Part shown: piece after piece, positions 1 to 8,346 of the stretch | Layout of the letters: each line of letters starts with the position of its first letter | How positions within the stretch are numbered: the first letter of the stretch is position 1 | From: Roseibacillus sp. | GTDB taxonomy: Bacteria > Verrucomicrobiota > Verrucomicrobiia > Verrucomicrobiales > Akkermansiaceae | Direction: 5' to 3' | Length of the DNA: 64,000 bases | NCBI GenBank assembly: GCA_051251855.1 | Contig: JBPOGI010000005.1 | Coordinates: forward strand, 128,001-192,000 | Position numbers and translations under genes: made by a program | Notes under the pieces: model-generated | Databases searched by the model: none | Told to the model about the DNA's origin: nothing | What the model saw: only the letters and a program-made list of their open reading frames with translations

Positions 1-721
1 GGGGGGCGTCTAGGGTTTGGAGGGTGAAGCCGAGGTCGGTGTAGAGTTCTTCGATGCGGGGGGTGAGTTGGTTGGAGAGGGCTACCGGGCCGGGGTGTTG
101 CTTGAGCCAGTGGGCGAGGCGGACTTGGTCGTCCCAGTTGAAGCCGCCAGCGGAGTATTGTGTGAACTCGACGTCGTAGGGTGGGTCGGCGTAGATGAAA
201 TCTTCGGGCTTGGTTTTGAGTTTCTCGAAGTCACCGCATTGGAAGGTCCAGTGGGCGAAGACGGGTTTGAATTCGAGGAAGTCTTCCTTGTAGTTGATGG
301 TCTTGTAGCGGCCGAAGGGGACGTTGTAGAATCCGGACTTGTTGAAGCGGCAGAGTCCGTTGAAGCAGGTGCGGTTGAGGAAGTAGAAGAGTTGAGCGGC
401 TTCTGGTGTTTCGTGCTGCTCGGCTTTGATGAGATCGTTGAAGCGTTCGCGTTGGCGATAGAACAGCTCAGAGTTGTTTGCCATCTCGATGTCGACGGTG
501 AGGCCGGACTTGAGGTGGCGGTAAAAGTTGAGAAGGTGGGGATTGATGTCGTTGAGGAGAGCCTTCCTAGGAGTGAGGCCGAGAGTAACGGCAAGACCAC
601 CGCAGAAGGGTTCTACAAGGCGGCGAGAGGCGTGTTCTTGCCAGACTGGTTGGAGGTGTGGGACGAGCCAACGCTTGCCTCCTGCCCACTTAAGGGGTGG
701 ATTGTGTATAGTATCAGGCAT
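1..721 (-). CDS. dam: Dam-family DNA adenine methyltransferase (3' end outside window)
   Basis: Manual translation from ATG at 721: MPDTIHNPPLKWAGGKRWL...VEPFCGG...NDINPHL...YFLNRTCFNGLCRFNKSGFYNVPFG...FIYADPPY...LDAP. Contains the KWAGGK, EPFxG and DPPY motifs. Not in the ORF track because the stop lies outside the window. Confidence 0.93.
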   Translation of the reverse strand, partial: MPDTIHNPPLKWAGGKRWLVPHLQPVWQEHASRRLVEPFCGGLAVTLGLTPRKALLNDINPHLLNFYRHLKSGLTVDIEMANNSELFYRQRERFNDLIKAEQHETPEAAQLFYFLNRTCFNGLCRFNKSGFYNVPFGRYKTINYKEDFLEFKPVFAHWTFQCGDFEKLKTKPEDFIYADPPYDVEFTQYSAGGFNWDDQVRLAHWLKQHPGPVALSNQLTPRIEELYTDLGFTLQTLDAP

Positions 722-730
722 CTGAATTTT

Positions 731-1813
731 TTACTCAAGTTCGAGGAGTTTACGGGCGTCGGGCGTGAAGTGTGAACTGATCAGCTTGTGACGAATGACC
801 TCTTGGTCGAACGGATTGTATGGTTCATCCAGCAGACAAGGGGTTAAGCTCACTGAATAGTCGAGTGAAGAAGGCATAGCAAAATAGTAATCTACTTCAA
901 AACCAGCCAGTGCGGCCCGAATGTCTCTCTGGTCGCCGAGCGAACAGCGACAACCAAATACGACTCTCTTGATTAGGTTTCTGTTGTATCCTCGGACATA
1001 CAGCCAATCATTGCGTTTTATGAAGTGAGGGTAAATAGAATCGTTAGCGTTTTTATCAGTAGATAAAGTTTCAGCCATTTTAAGAGGAAGAAGGACGCGG
1101 AATTCTTTCTCATAACTCCAATTATTGGATTTCCAAAAAAACTGTTGGAATGTCGTTTCAAGGCTTAGTTCCTTTGGAAACGAATACCGTTTCTTTTCGT
1201 ATCGGACTTTTCGAATATTGCCGATAAACTCTCGACTAGGAAGATCTGAGGGCATTGGTTTGTTGGCCATTTGGTGGCAGTCAGTAAGGAGGTCGAACCA
1301 GGAATCAGAGGAGTCGTATCCCACGCAAAACCCAGTATGTTTGTTTGCGTAGTGGCTCCACATCAGGTAACTCTCTGGATCGCTAGAAAGACATAGAACT
1401 CCAAACATTTCAGAGAGTTGACTTTGAACTTTCTGCTGTCGTGAAGACTCGAGTGGGTTTTGTTTTTGTGGTGAGGTTGCTTCGACAACTTGCTTCCAAG
1501 CTTCTTCAGGTAGAATATCTTTTAGTTTTTGAGACTCGAAATGACAACGTAGAGTATCCGGAGGCGCTTGCTCAAAAATCTTCTCGAAGAGTTCATGGAG
1601 GTTACTTTCTTCGATCAGCTGCCCTATGGTCATGTTGAGAACTATTTCCTGATGAGATGTGAAAGAGTGGTCTGACTGAATTGGGTCTGGAACTGCAGAC
1701 GCCTCAAAAGGGTCATTGAAATCAGTTAGAAGTGTGAATTTGATTGAGCCTTCAGAGACAGTTTTTAGAGACCCCTCTGAGCAATCTAAATATTTGTAGA
1801 GGAGTTTTTTCAT
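731..1813 (-). CDS. DUF2971 domain protein
   Basis: LYKY start, FNDPFE, LMWSHYANKHTGFCVGY and KSNNWSYEKEFR motifs; AT-richer than neighbours. ATG 1813 preferred over the TTG at 1894. Confidence 0.85.
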   Translation of the reverse strand: MKKLLYKYLDCSEGSLKTVSEGSIKFTLLTDFNDPFEASAVPDPIQSDHSFTSHQEIVLNMTIGQLIEESNLHELFEKIFEQAPPDTLRCHFESQKLKDILPEEAWKQVVEATSPQKQNPLESSRQQKVQSQLSEMFGVLCLSSDPESYLMWSHYANKHTGFCVGYDSSDSWFDLLTDCHQMANKPMPSDLPSREFIGNIRKVRYEKKRYSFPKELSLETTFQQFFWKSNNWSYEKEFRVLLPLKMAETLSTDKNANDSIYPHFIKRNDWLYVRGYNRNLIKRVVFGCRCSLGDQRDIRAALAGFEVDYYFAMPSSLDYSVSLTPCLLDEPYNPFDQEVIRHKLISSHFTPDARKLLELE

Positions 1814-1874
1814 TTTTTGACGATAGGCAGCATGGTGTTCTCGGACTTGTAGAAGATTTTCTTGTCCGTAATTT

Positions 1875-2042
1875 TTATTTTTCTCTGGTGCCAATTTTGC
1901 TTCTTCGCATTTCCTGTCTCGCTTCCTTGTGATGCTGAATGACCTGTTGGCGGACTTCCTCGATGGTCCGCTGCTTGGGCGGTAGTTTGGATAGCGCGGC
2001 GTTGACGGCTTGGAGTTTTTTGGAGGGGCCTTGGACTTTCAT
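1875..2042 (-). CDS. Small basic hypothetical protein (55 aa)
   Basis: ATG 2042 to TAA 1875: MKVQGPSKKLQAVNAALSKLPPKQRTIEEVRQQVIQHHKEARQEMRRSKIGTREK. Fills the gap between Abi and DUF2971 in the same orientation. Confidence 0.5.
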   Translation of the reverse strand: MKVQGPSKKLQAVNAALSKLPPKQRTIEEVRQQVIQHHKEARQEMRRSKIGTREK

Positions 2043-2060
2043 CTGAGGGGGAGGTGCTTG

Positions 2061-3170
2061 TTATTTCGGCGCTAGGGTTGCCAGTTTTTCTTGCCAGTCA
2101 GAAGGGAAGCCCATGGGTTCGAGGGTGACTGAGGGGTGTTTTTCAATGAGTTGGGTGAGGTGTTCGAGCCATTTGGATTCTGGTTCGATTGACCATAAGC
2201 AGTAGAGGACCGTTGCAATCTGGGCGAATAGGAGATCGTTAGATTGAAGGATGTGCTTCAAGTTCTTTTTCTTTGAGGGGCAAAAGATGAAGCGGCGATC
2301 CCACAAGCGACTGTGATGTGCGCAGGCGTTTCTGAGATTGGTGAGGGCGTGAATCCATGAGGTGAGTTCGGGTGTGCTCGCGCGGAAGTATCTGGCAACC
2401 GGTTTTTGGTCTGAGGCTTCAGCTAACATACCGTAAGCTTTTGACCAGTTGCCCATGCTTAGAACATCAGCTAGCATCCAGCACGGGGGAATAGGAGGGT
2501 CTCCATAGGTTGCGTAGTAGTGCTTAATGGAGAGGGATTCTTTGTTGCGGCGGGCTTCCTCGTAGGTTTTGATGAGAAATTCCTGATGGTTAAAGAGGAG
2601 TTCGTCGGAGTTTTTTTTGGTTTTCTTACTGAACCGGTTGGGGTCCATAAACCAGTGAGGCCCATAGCGAGTCGCCATGGTATCGTTCAAGCGTTCACGG
2701 AAGGCGATTTCGATTCGTTCGATGGCATCGAGAACGAGTAGGCGAAGGTGTCGATCAAATTGGTAGAGATCGGTGAGATGCTCGAATCGCGTCCCTTCTT
2801 TGTAGGAGTCGGTGAGCCTTCCATTCTCGTCTTGTATTCGGAATTGAAGTCCGAAACCTGAGAGGCGGTAGTAGCCAACTTTATGGAGCCACTCGAGGGC
2901 GACTGCTTTGTCGTCTATTGCGACACCTCGTTCACTCAAGATTTGAATGAGCTCTTCTTGGGATTGATGCTCTTTCTGGAAGGTGTTCGCAGTTTGATAT
3001 CCCGGTACAGAGAAAGGCGCGACCTGGTTCGCTTCCGAAAATCGGAGTCGCGTGCCGCGCACTGTCGTGGCTTCTATCGTTGATATGTCGCTATGATTCA
3101 AGAGAAAACTGCGCAACTCAGACTCTAAAACACTGTCTGGAGTTGGGTTTTCTTCCTGATTTTCAGTCAC
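2061..3170 (-). CDS. Abi family (Abi_2, AbiD/AbiF-like) HEPN protein
   Basis: VGYYRLSGF, LYQFDRHLRLLVLDAIERIEIAFR, PPCW and HEPN motif LRNACAHHSRLW. Start uncertain (GTG 3170 or GTG 3062). Confidence 0.9.
   Translation of the reverse strand: MTENQEENPTPDSVLESELRSFLLNHSDISTIEATTVRGTRLRFSEANQVAPFSVPGYQTANTFQKEHQSQEELIQILSERGVAIDDKAVALEWLHKVGYYRLSGFGLQFRIQDENGRLTDSYKEGTRFEHLTDLYQFDRHLRLLVLDAIERIEIAFRERLNDTMATRYGPHWFMDPNRFSKKTKKNSDELLFNHQEFLIKTYEEARRNKESLSIKHYYATYGDPPIPPCWMLADVLSMGNWSKAYGMLAEASDQKPVARYFRASTPELTSWIHALTNLRNACAHHSRLWDRRFIFCPSKKKNLKHILQSNDLLFAQIATVLYCLWSIEPESKWLEHLTQLIEKHPSVTLEPMGFPSDWQEKLATLAPK
3017..3060 (-). ncRNA. Candidate Abi-associated structured RNA (nested hairpin)
   Basis: Sense strand GCGCGG-CACGCGAC-TCCGA-TTT-TCGGA-AGCGAACCAGG-TCGCGC: outer stem with a G-U pair and an inner perfect 5-bp stem, just ahead of the conserved Abi core. 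Confidence 0.4.
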
Positions 3171-3227
3171 TTAGGATTTTGTTCGGTGGCGAATGGAGCG
3201 TGTCCTAACCTGGTCTTGCGGGGAATT

Positions 3228-3252
3228 GCGCAGGCGGGACGCCTACGCTCCT
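3228..3252. repeat. REP-like palindrome downstream of nrdA
   Basis: GCGCAGGCG-GGA-CGCCTACGCTCC, an imperfect inverted repeat just after the nrdA stop. Confidence 0.5.
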
Positions 3253-3256
3253 TGAG

Positions 3257-6200
3257 TTATTGGCAGGCTTCGCATTCTTCGCCGTTGCGCATGGCTTCGA
3301 TGGAGCAGGCGGCTTGTTCGGCGGGGGTGTAGGATTTGGAGGCGGCTCCGGCTCCGGCGGGGACGGTCGATTTCTCGATGTTGGAGGCTTGGAGGGTTCT
3401 GAGGTAGTAGGTGGTTTTGAGGCCGGTGGTCCAGGCGCGGCGATACATGTGACTCAAGGTCTTCATCTCGGGGGCGGCTAGGAAGAGGTTGACGGACTGG
3501 GACTGGTCGATCCACTTCTGGCGGCGGGCGGCGGCGTCGATGAGGTAGTCGTGGCCGATGCTGAAGACGGTGAGGTGTTTCTTCTTGAGGTGCTCGGGGA
3601 TGCCGTCGATGTCGGCGAGCTCGCCGTCGAAGTATTTGAGCTGGTCGAGCATCTCTTGGTTCCAGAGGCCTTCTTTCTTGAGGTCGTTGACGAGCTCGCG
3701 GTTGAGGACGATGAAGTCGCCGCTGAGGTTGCTTTTGACGAAGAGGTTTTTGTAGCTGGGCTCGATGCAGGGGGTGGTGCCCATGATGTTGCTGATTGTT
3801 GCGGTGGGGGCGATGGCGAGGACGTTGGAGTTGCGCATGCCGTTGGCGGCGATTTTGTCGCGCACGACGCGCCAGTCCATTTTGCCGCCGCGGGGGACTT
3901 CGATGTCTTGTCCGCGCTCTTCTTGCAGGAGGTCGAGGGTGTCCTGGGGGAGGAGGCCGCGGTCCCACTTGGATCCTTTGTAGCTCTGGTAGCTGCCGCG
4001 CTCGCCGGAGAGGTCGCTGGAGCTACTGTAGGCGTAGTAGGCGATGGCTTCCATGAATTCGTCGTTGAAGTCGACGGCTTGCTCGGAGGCGAAGGAGTAG
4101 CCTTTCTTGTAGAGGGCGTTTTGGAGGCCCATAACGCCGAGGCCGATGGGGCGGTGGCGGCTGTTGGCGGTGGCGGCGGCATCGGTGGGGTAGAAGTTGA
4201 TGTCGATGACGTTGTCGAGGGCACGGATGGCGACGAGGATGGTCTCGCGCAGCATGTCGTGGTCGAGGGCACCGTCGTCGGTGATGTGGGTGTCGAGGAC
4301 GACGGATCCGAGGTTGCAGACGGCGGTTTCTTCTTCGGAGGTGTTGAGGGTGATCTCGGTGCAGAGGTTGCTGCTGTGGATGACGCCGACGTGGTCCTGG
4401 GGGCTGCGCACGTTGCAGGGGTCTTTGAAGGTGATCCAGGGGTGGCCGGTCTCGAAGACCATGGAGAGCATTTTTTTCCAAAGGTCGATGGCGGGAATTT
4501 GGCGGGACCAGATTTTGCCTTCGGCGGCTTGTTTTTCGTAGTCTTCGTAGCGGGCTTTGAAGGCGGCTCCGTAGAGGTCGTGGAGGTCGGGGGTCTCGTT
4601 GGCGCGGAAGAGGGTCCAGTTCTGGCGGCCTTCCATGCGTTGCATGAAGAGGTCGGGGATCCAGTTGGCGGTGTTCATGTCGTGGGTGCGACGGCGCTCG
4701 TCTCCGGTATTGACGCGGAGTTGGAGGAAGTCCTCGATGTCGTTGTGCCAGGTCTCGAGGTAGGCGCAGCCGGAGCCGCGTCGCTTGCCGCCTTGGTTGA
4801 CGGCGATGAGTTGGTCGTTGTGAAGCTTGAGGAAGGGGATGACGCCTTGGGACTCGCCGTTGGTGCCTTGGATGTAGCCGCCGGTGCCGCGAACGGCGGT
4901 CCAGGAGCCGCCGAGTCCGCCGGCCCACTTGGAGAGGTAGGCGTTGTCGGCGATGCCGCGCTGCATGATGGACTCGATGCTGTCGTCGACTTTGTAGAGG
5001 TAGCAGCTGGAGAGTTGGCTGTGGAGGGTGCCGCTGTTGAAGAGGGTGGGGGTGCTGGAGCAGAAGCGGCGGCCTTTGTAGAGGTTGTAGAGGCGGATGG
5101 TCCAGTTGTTGCGGCGGGTCTTTTCGGCTTTGAAGAGGCCCATGGAGACGCGCATCCAGAAGAACTGGGGGGTCTCGAGGCGACGGGGCTTTTTGCCGGT
5201 CTTGTCGATGATGAGGTAGCGGTCGTAGAGGGTCTGGATGCCGAGGTAGTCGAAGTCGAGGTCGGCGGTGGGGTCGAGGGCGTCGGCGAGCTTTGCGATG
5301 TCGTAGCGGCCATCTAACAGGTCGGGGCTGAGGCGCTTGATTTTGACGCCGTGCTTGAGGTAGGCGCGGAAGGCTTTTTTGTGGGCGGCCTTGAGGCCTT
5401 CGATGCCGTCGCTGATGATGTTCCAGTCGAGGACTTCTTCGTAGATGTAGGAGAGGAGGATGCGGCCGGCGAATTTGGCCATGTCGGCGTCTTTCTCGAT
5501 GAGGGCGCGGGCGTTGAGGCAGATGGTTTTCTGGAGGTCTTCGGCGGAGATTTCGGCGCCGATGGAGCGGCGGAGTTCGCGCTCGAGGGTTTCTTCGTTG
5601 AGGGTGAGGTCGAGGCCGATGGAGGCGAATTGGATGCGCTTCTTGAGCTCTTGTCCATTCCAGAGGTCGGATTGGCCGTCGCGGTTGACGGTGACGAAGG
5701 ATTCCTGGTTGGGGTCTTCGGCGGGAGTGGTTTGGAGCTCGCGCATGCGGGAGCGGTCGTCGCGGTAGCGGACGTAGTGGGCGGCGACCTTGAAGTGGCC
5801 TTGGCGCATGAGTTCTTCTTGCACGAAGTCCTGGACGTCTTCGATGTGGACGAAGGCTTCTTCGCTGTCGCGGACGCGGCCGGTGACGGCGCGGGCGATG
5901 TCGTGGGCGGCGGCGGGGTCTTCTTCGAGGGTGAGGAAGGCGCGGGCGGTGGCGGATTCGATTTTGGTTTCGGACCAGGGGACGACGTTGCCGTTGCGAC
6001 GAATGAGGCGCACGGGCATGGTGGCGGGCTCTTCGTCGAGGGAGATTTCGCCGTTGTTCTCGAGGCTGCGCTTGAAGACGAGGGATTTGGCGACGTCGTG
6101 GGCGTCGTTCTCGATGAGGGCTTTTTCGATGAGGAGGTAGAGGTCGTTCTGGGTGAGCTTGAGGGTGTTGCCTTTTTGAACCTGCTCCATGAGGCGCTTG

Positions 6201-6508
6201 GAGACGCTGTGGGCGACGGCGGAGACGAAGCTGCGGTTCTCGTCGTTGAAGATGGAGGCGTGTTCGCGCTTGCGAGCGATGAGGAGGTCGGTGAGGGATT
6301 CGCCAATGGCGTCGGCGACGTTGGCGAGGGAGAAGTGTTCTTCGGTGCCGCCGTTGGTGACGGTGATTTCGGGGACGGGGGTGCGGTCAGCGGAGAGAAG
6401 GGTTTCGCGCCAGTTGTGGGGCTGGAAAGCTTCGTTGGTGTTGTGGAAGCGGTTGGAGATTACTTCTTTGAGAGCGATGTCTTCTTCTAGTGTTATCGAG
6501 CGGTACAT
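3257..6508 (-). CDS. nrdA: Class I ribonucleotide reductase alpha subunit with three N-terminal ATP-cone-like domains
   Basis: STPTLFNSGT, LSSCY, SNLCTEI, VCNLGS, APTATIS, KTTYYLR and C-terminal CEACQ motifs. Confidence 0.97.
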   Translation of the reverse strand: MYRSITLEEDIALKEVISNRFHNTNEAFQPHNWRETLLSADRTPVPEITVTNGGTEEHFSLANVADAIGESLTDLLIARKREHASIFNDENRSFVSAVAHSVSKRLMEQVQKGNTLKLTQNDLYLLIEKALIENDAHDVAKSLVFKRSLENNGEISLDEEPATMPVRLIRRNGNVVPWSETKIESATARAFLTLEEDPAAAHDIARAVTGRVRDSEEAFVHIEDVQDFVQEELMRQGHFKVAAHYVRYRDDRSRMRELQTTPAEDPNQESFVTVNRDGQSDLWNGQELKKRIQFASIGLDLTLNEETLERELRRSIGAEISAEDLQKTICLNARALIEKDADMAKFAGRILLSYIYEEVLDWNIISDGIEGLKAAHKKAFRAYLKHGVKIKRLSPDLLDGRYDIAKLADALDPTADLDFDYLGIQTLYDRYLIIDKTGKKPRRLETPQFFWMRVSMGLFKAEKTRRNNWTIRLYNLYKGRRFCSSTPTLFNSGTLHSQLSSCYLYKVDDSIESIMQRGIADNAYLSKWAGGLGGSWTAVRGTGGYIQGTNGESQGVIPFLKLHNDQLIAVNQGGKRRGSGCAYLETWHNDIEDFLQLRVNTGDERRRTHDMNTANWIPDLFMQRMEGRQNWTLFRANETPDLHDLYGAAFKARYEDYEKQAAEGKIWSRQIPAIDLWKKMLSMVFETGHPWITFKDPCNVRSPQDHVGVIHSSNLCTEITLNTSEEETAVCNLGSVVLDTHITDDGALDHDMLRETILVAIRALDNVIDINFYPTDAAATANSRHRPIGLGVMGLQNALYKKGYSFASEQAVDFNDEFMEAIAYYAYSSSSDLSGERGSYQSYKGSKWDRGLLPQDTLDLLQEERGQDIEVPRGGKMDWRVVRDKIAANGMRNSNVLAIAPTATISNIMGTTPCIEPSYKNLFVKSNLSGDFIVLNRELVNDLKKEGLWNQEMLDQLKYFDGELADIDGIPEHLKKKHLTVFSIGHDYLIDAAARRQKWIDQSQSVNLFLAAPEMKTLSHMYRRAWTTGLKTTYYLRTLQASNIEKSTVPAGAGAASKSYTPAEQAACSIEAMRNGEECEACQ

Positions 6509-6540
6509 GGTGGTTTGGGTGTGGAAAGGTTGGTTGGGGT

Positions 6541-6576
6541 AGAGTTTTTTAGTGTTCAGTTTGCAGTTTGCAGTCC
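6541..6576. repeat. Heptamer tandem array C (downstream of the four-helix-bundle gene)
   Basis: + strand TTTTAGT GTTCAGT TTGCAGT TTGCAGT CC. Confidence 0.75.
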
Positions 6577-6586
6577 TGGGTTGTGG

Positions 6587-6961
6587 TTAGTCTTTTGACT
6601 GGAGATTTAGGGAGTTGATGAGGCCTTGGAGCATGGCGGTGATTTCCTTGGTTTCTTGGATGAGGTGGTCTGCCTTTTTGAGGGCAGGTTTGTTGGTTTC
6701 TTTGCGGATTTTTTGGGAGATGTAAATTTGGGTCCGGAGCTCGCCGCAGGAACCTTTGGCGTATCGGAGGAATCTGGCGAAATCCTTTTGGCTGTCGCGT
6801 TCGCTGCCTTCGGCAATGTTGGAGGCGATAGAAACGGCGGCGGCTTGCATTTGGGAATTGAGGCGGAAATCGTTGGAATCTTCGGTGGCGAGGTAGGTGT
6901 CAACTGCGAGTCGGGAGGCTCTTTTCCACACTTCTAGGTCTTCGAAAGTCGTTAGAGGCAT
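6587..6961 (-). CDS. Four helix bundle protein (23S rRNA IVS protein / Avd-like fold)
   Basis: MPLTTFEDLEVWKRAS...QMQAAAVSIASNIAEGSER...FLRYAKGSCGELRTQ. ATG 6961 chosen; the longer ORF-track extension translates the repeat array. Confidence 0.92.
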   Translation of the reverse strand: MPLTTFEDLEVWKRASRLAVDTYLATEDSNDFRLNSQMQAAAVSIASNIAEGSERDSQKDFARFLRYAKGSCGELRTQIYISQKIRKETNKPALKKADHLIQETKEITAMLQGLINSLNLQSKD

Positions 6962-6966
6962 GGGGA

Positions 6967-7076
6967 GGAAGTTTGTTAGTTGGGAGTTTTCAGTTTTGAA
7001 GTTGGCAGTTTTCAGTTTCGGTTCGGTTGGCATCGGTCCGGACTGAAAACTGCACACTAGCAAACTGAAAACTTCC
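6967..7076. repeat. Inverted heptamer arrays B (6967-7016) and A (7042-7076) forming a long hairpin
   Basis: B: TGTTAGT TGGGAGT TTTCAGT TTTGAAGT TGGCAGT TTTCAGT. A: ACTGAAA ACTGCAC ACTAGCAA ACTGAAA ACTTCC. Confidence 0.8.
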
Positions 7077-8168
7077 TTACAGATCGTCGTCGTCGGCGCC
7101 GGCGAGGGCGCTGGCTTTTTGGTATTCGGTGACTTTGCCTTCGAAGAAGTTTTGCTCTTTCTTGAGGTCCATGGATTCGGAGAGCCAGGGGAAGGGGTTT
7201 TCGACGCCGCCTTGGAGGGGCTCGAGGCGGCAGTTGACGAGGCGACGGTCGGAGATGTAGTCGATGTATTGCTCGAATTCTTCGCAGCTGAGGCCGACGG
7301 CGCTGACGGGGAGGCAGTCGCGGATGAACTCTTTCTCGAGACGGACGCCTTCCTTCATGGTGTTGCGGAGGTCTTCTTGGAACTCGGTAGTCCAGATGTC
7401 GGGGTTCTCGGTGATGAGGGTGTTGAGGAGGTTGCGGAAGACTTCGATGTGATTGGATTCGTCGCGCAGGGTGTAGCGGAACATTTGGCCGATGCCGGGG
7501 AATTTGTTCTGGCGGTAGAGGCTCAAGATCATGCCGAAGAGGCCGTAGAATTGGGTGCCTTCCATGACTTGGCCGAAGATGAAGATGTTCTTGGCGAGGG
7601 CTTGCTTGTTCTCGAGGACGGTGAGGTCGACGTCGCGGCGAAGGGCGCGGCTGTTGGAGACGACGAAGTTGTTCTTGGCCTTGATGGTGGGGATGTCCTC
7701 GAACATGGCTTCGCATTCGTGCGGGTTGATGCCGAGGGAGGAAATCATGTAGACGAGGGAGTCGGCGTGGATGTTTTCCTCGTGAGCGTGGCGGCCGAGG
7801 ACGAGCTTGAGCTCGGGGGCGGTGACGAGCTCGCGGACGACGTGGAGGATGTTGTCTCCGACGATGCCTTCAGCGGCGGAGAAGTAGCCGATGCCCATTT
7901 TGATGATCCAGCGCTCGACGTCGGAGATGTCGCTGCCTTGCCACTGCTGGATGTCGGTCTGCATCTGGATGTCCTCGGGCTCCCAGTGGTTGTTCTTCAT
8001 CGTCTTGTAGAGGTCGTAGGCCCACTGATATTTGAGGGGCAGGATGTTGAAGAACATGGTGTCGCGACCATTGATGACGGCTTTGGCGTCGATGGCGGCT
8101 TGGGCCTTGTCTTGGTCGAGAATGAAAGTGCGTTCTCCGACGGTGTAGGTGGTTGTATTGGCAGACAT
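7077..8168 (-). CDS. nrdB: Ribonucleotide reductase beta subunit, class Ic-like (R2c)
   Basis: Ferritin-like ligands FSAAEG, EENIH, MEGTQFY, RDESNH; C-terminal NFFEGKVTEY. Leu at the radical-Tyr position. Confidence 0.95.
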   Translation of the reverse strand: MSANTTTYTVGERTFILDQDKAQAAIDAKAVINGRDTMFFNILPLKYQWAYDLYKTMKNNHWEPEDIQMQTDIQQWQGSDISDVERWIIKMGIGYFSAAEGIVGDNILHVVRELVTAPELKLVLGRHAHEENIHADSLVYMISSLGINPHECEAMFEDIPTIKAKNNFVVSNSRALRRDVDLTVLENKQALAKNIFIFGQVMEGTQFYGLFGMILSLYRQNKFPGIGQMFRYTLRDESNHIEVFRNLLNTLITENPDIWTTEFQEDLRNTMKEGVRLEKEFIRDCLPVSAVGLSCEEFEQYIDYISDRRLVNCRLEPLQGGVENPFPWLSESMDLKKEQNFFEGKVTEYQKASALAGADDDDL

Positions 8169-8298
8169 CTTTGTTGAGCAGTTGTGCGTGTGAAACGGGG
8201 TGATTGGAGCTTCTGAGAAGGGCTTCTTTAGAGGAGAATTGCACCTTGCCAGTAGCGTTGCTAGGATAGCTTCTTTCGAAGTTCAGGGTCAACGTGAT

Positions 8299-8346
8299 TC
8301 CGGACATGTGGTAGTCCACAAATTATTCACATACTAGATGTTGTGG
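8299..8346. promoter_or_regulatory. Tandem NrdR boxes upstream of nrdB
   Basis: 8331-8346 ATACTAGATGTTGTGG matches all core positions of the NrdR consensus acaCwAtATaTwGtgt. A degenerate copy TCCGGACATGTGGTAG lies 32 bp away at 8299-8314. Confidence 0.7.

Noticed and set aside
17..775. 252-aa + strand ORF and similar long antisense ORFs (3551-5317, 7119-8177, 34746-36038, 37832-38977, 39537-40700)
   Set aside because: Shadows of real minus-strand genes produced by strong codon bias and GC skew; V/G/E/D-rich with no family motifs.
3257..6508. Intein or intron in the long nrdA
   Set aside because: The extra length is explained by ATP cones; no intein splice motifs or frame break.
6587..6961. 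Diversity-generating retroelement, suggested by the Avd-like fold
   Set aside because: No reverse transcriptase and no TR/VR pair in the window.
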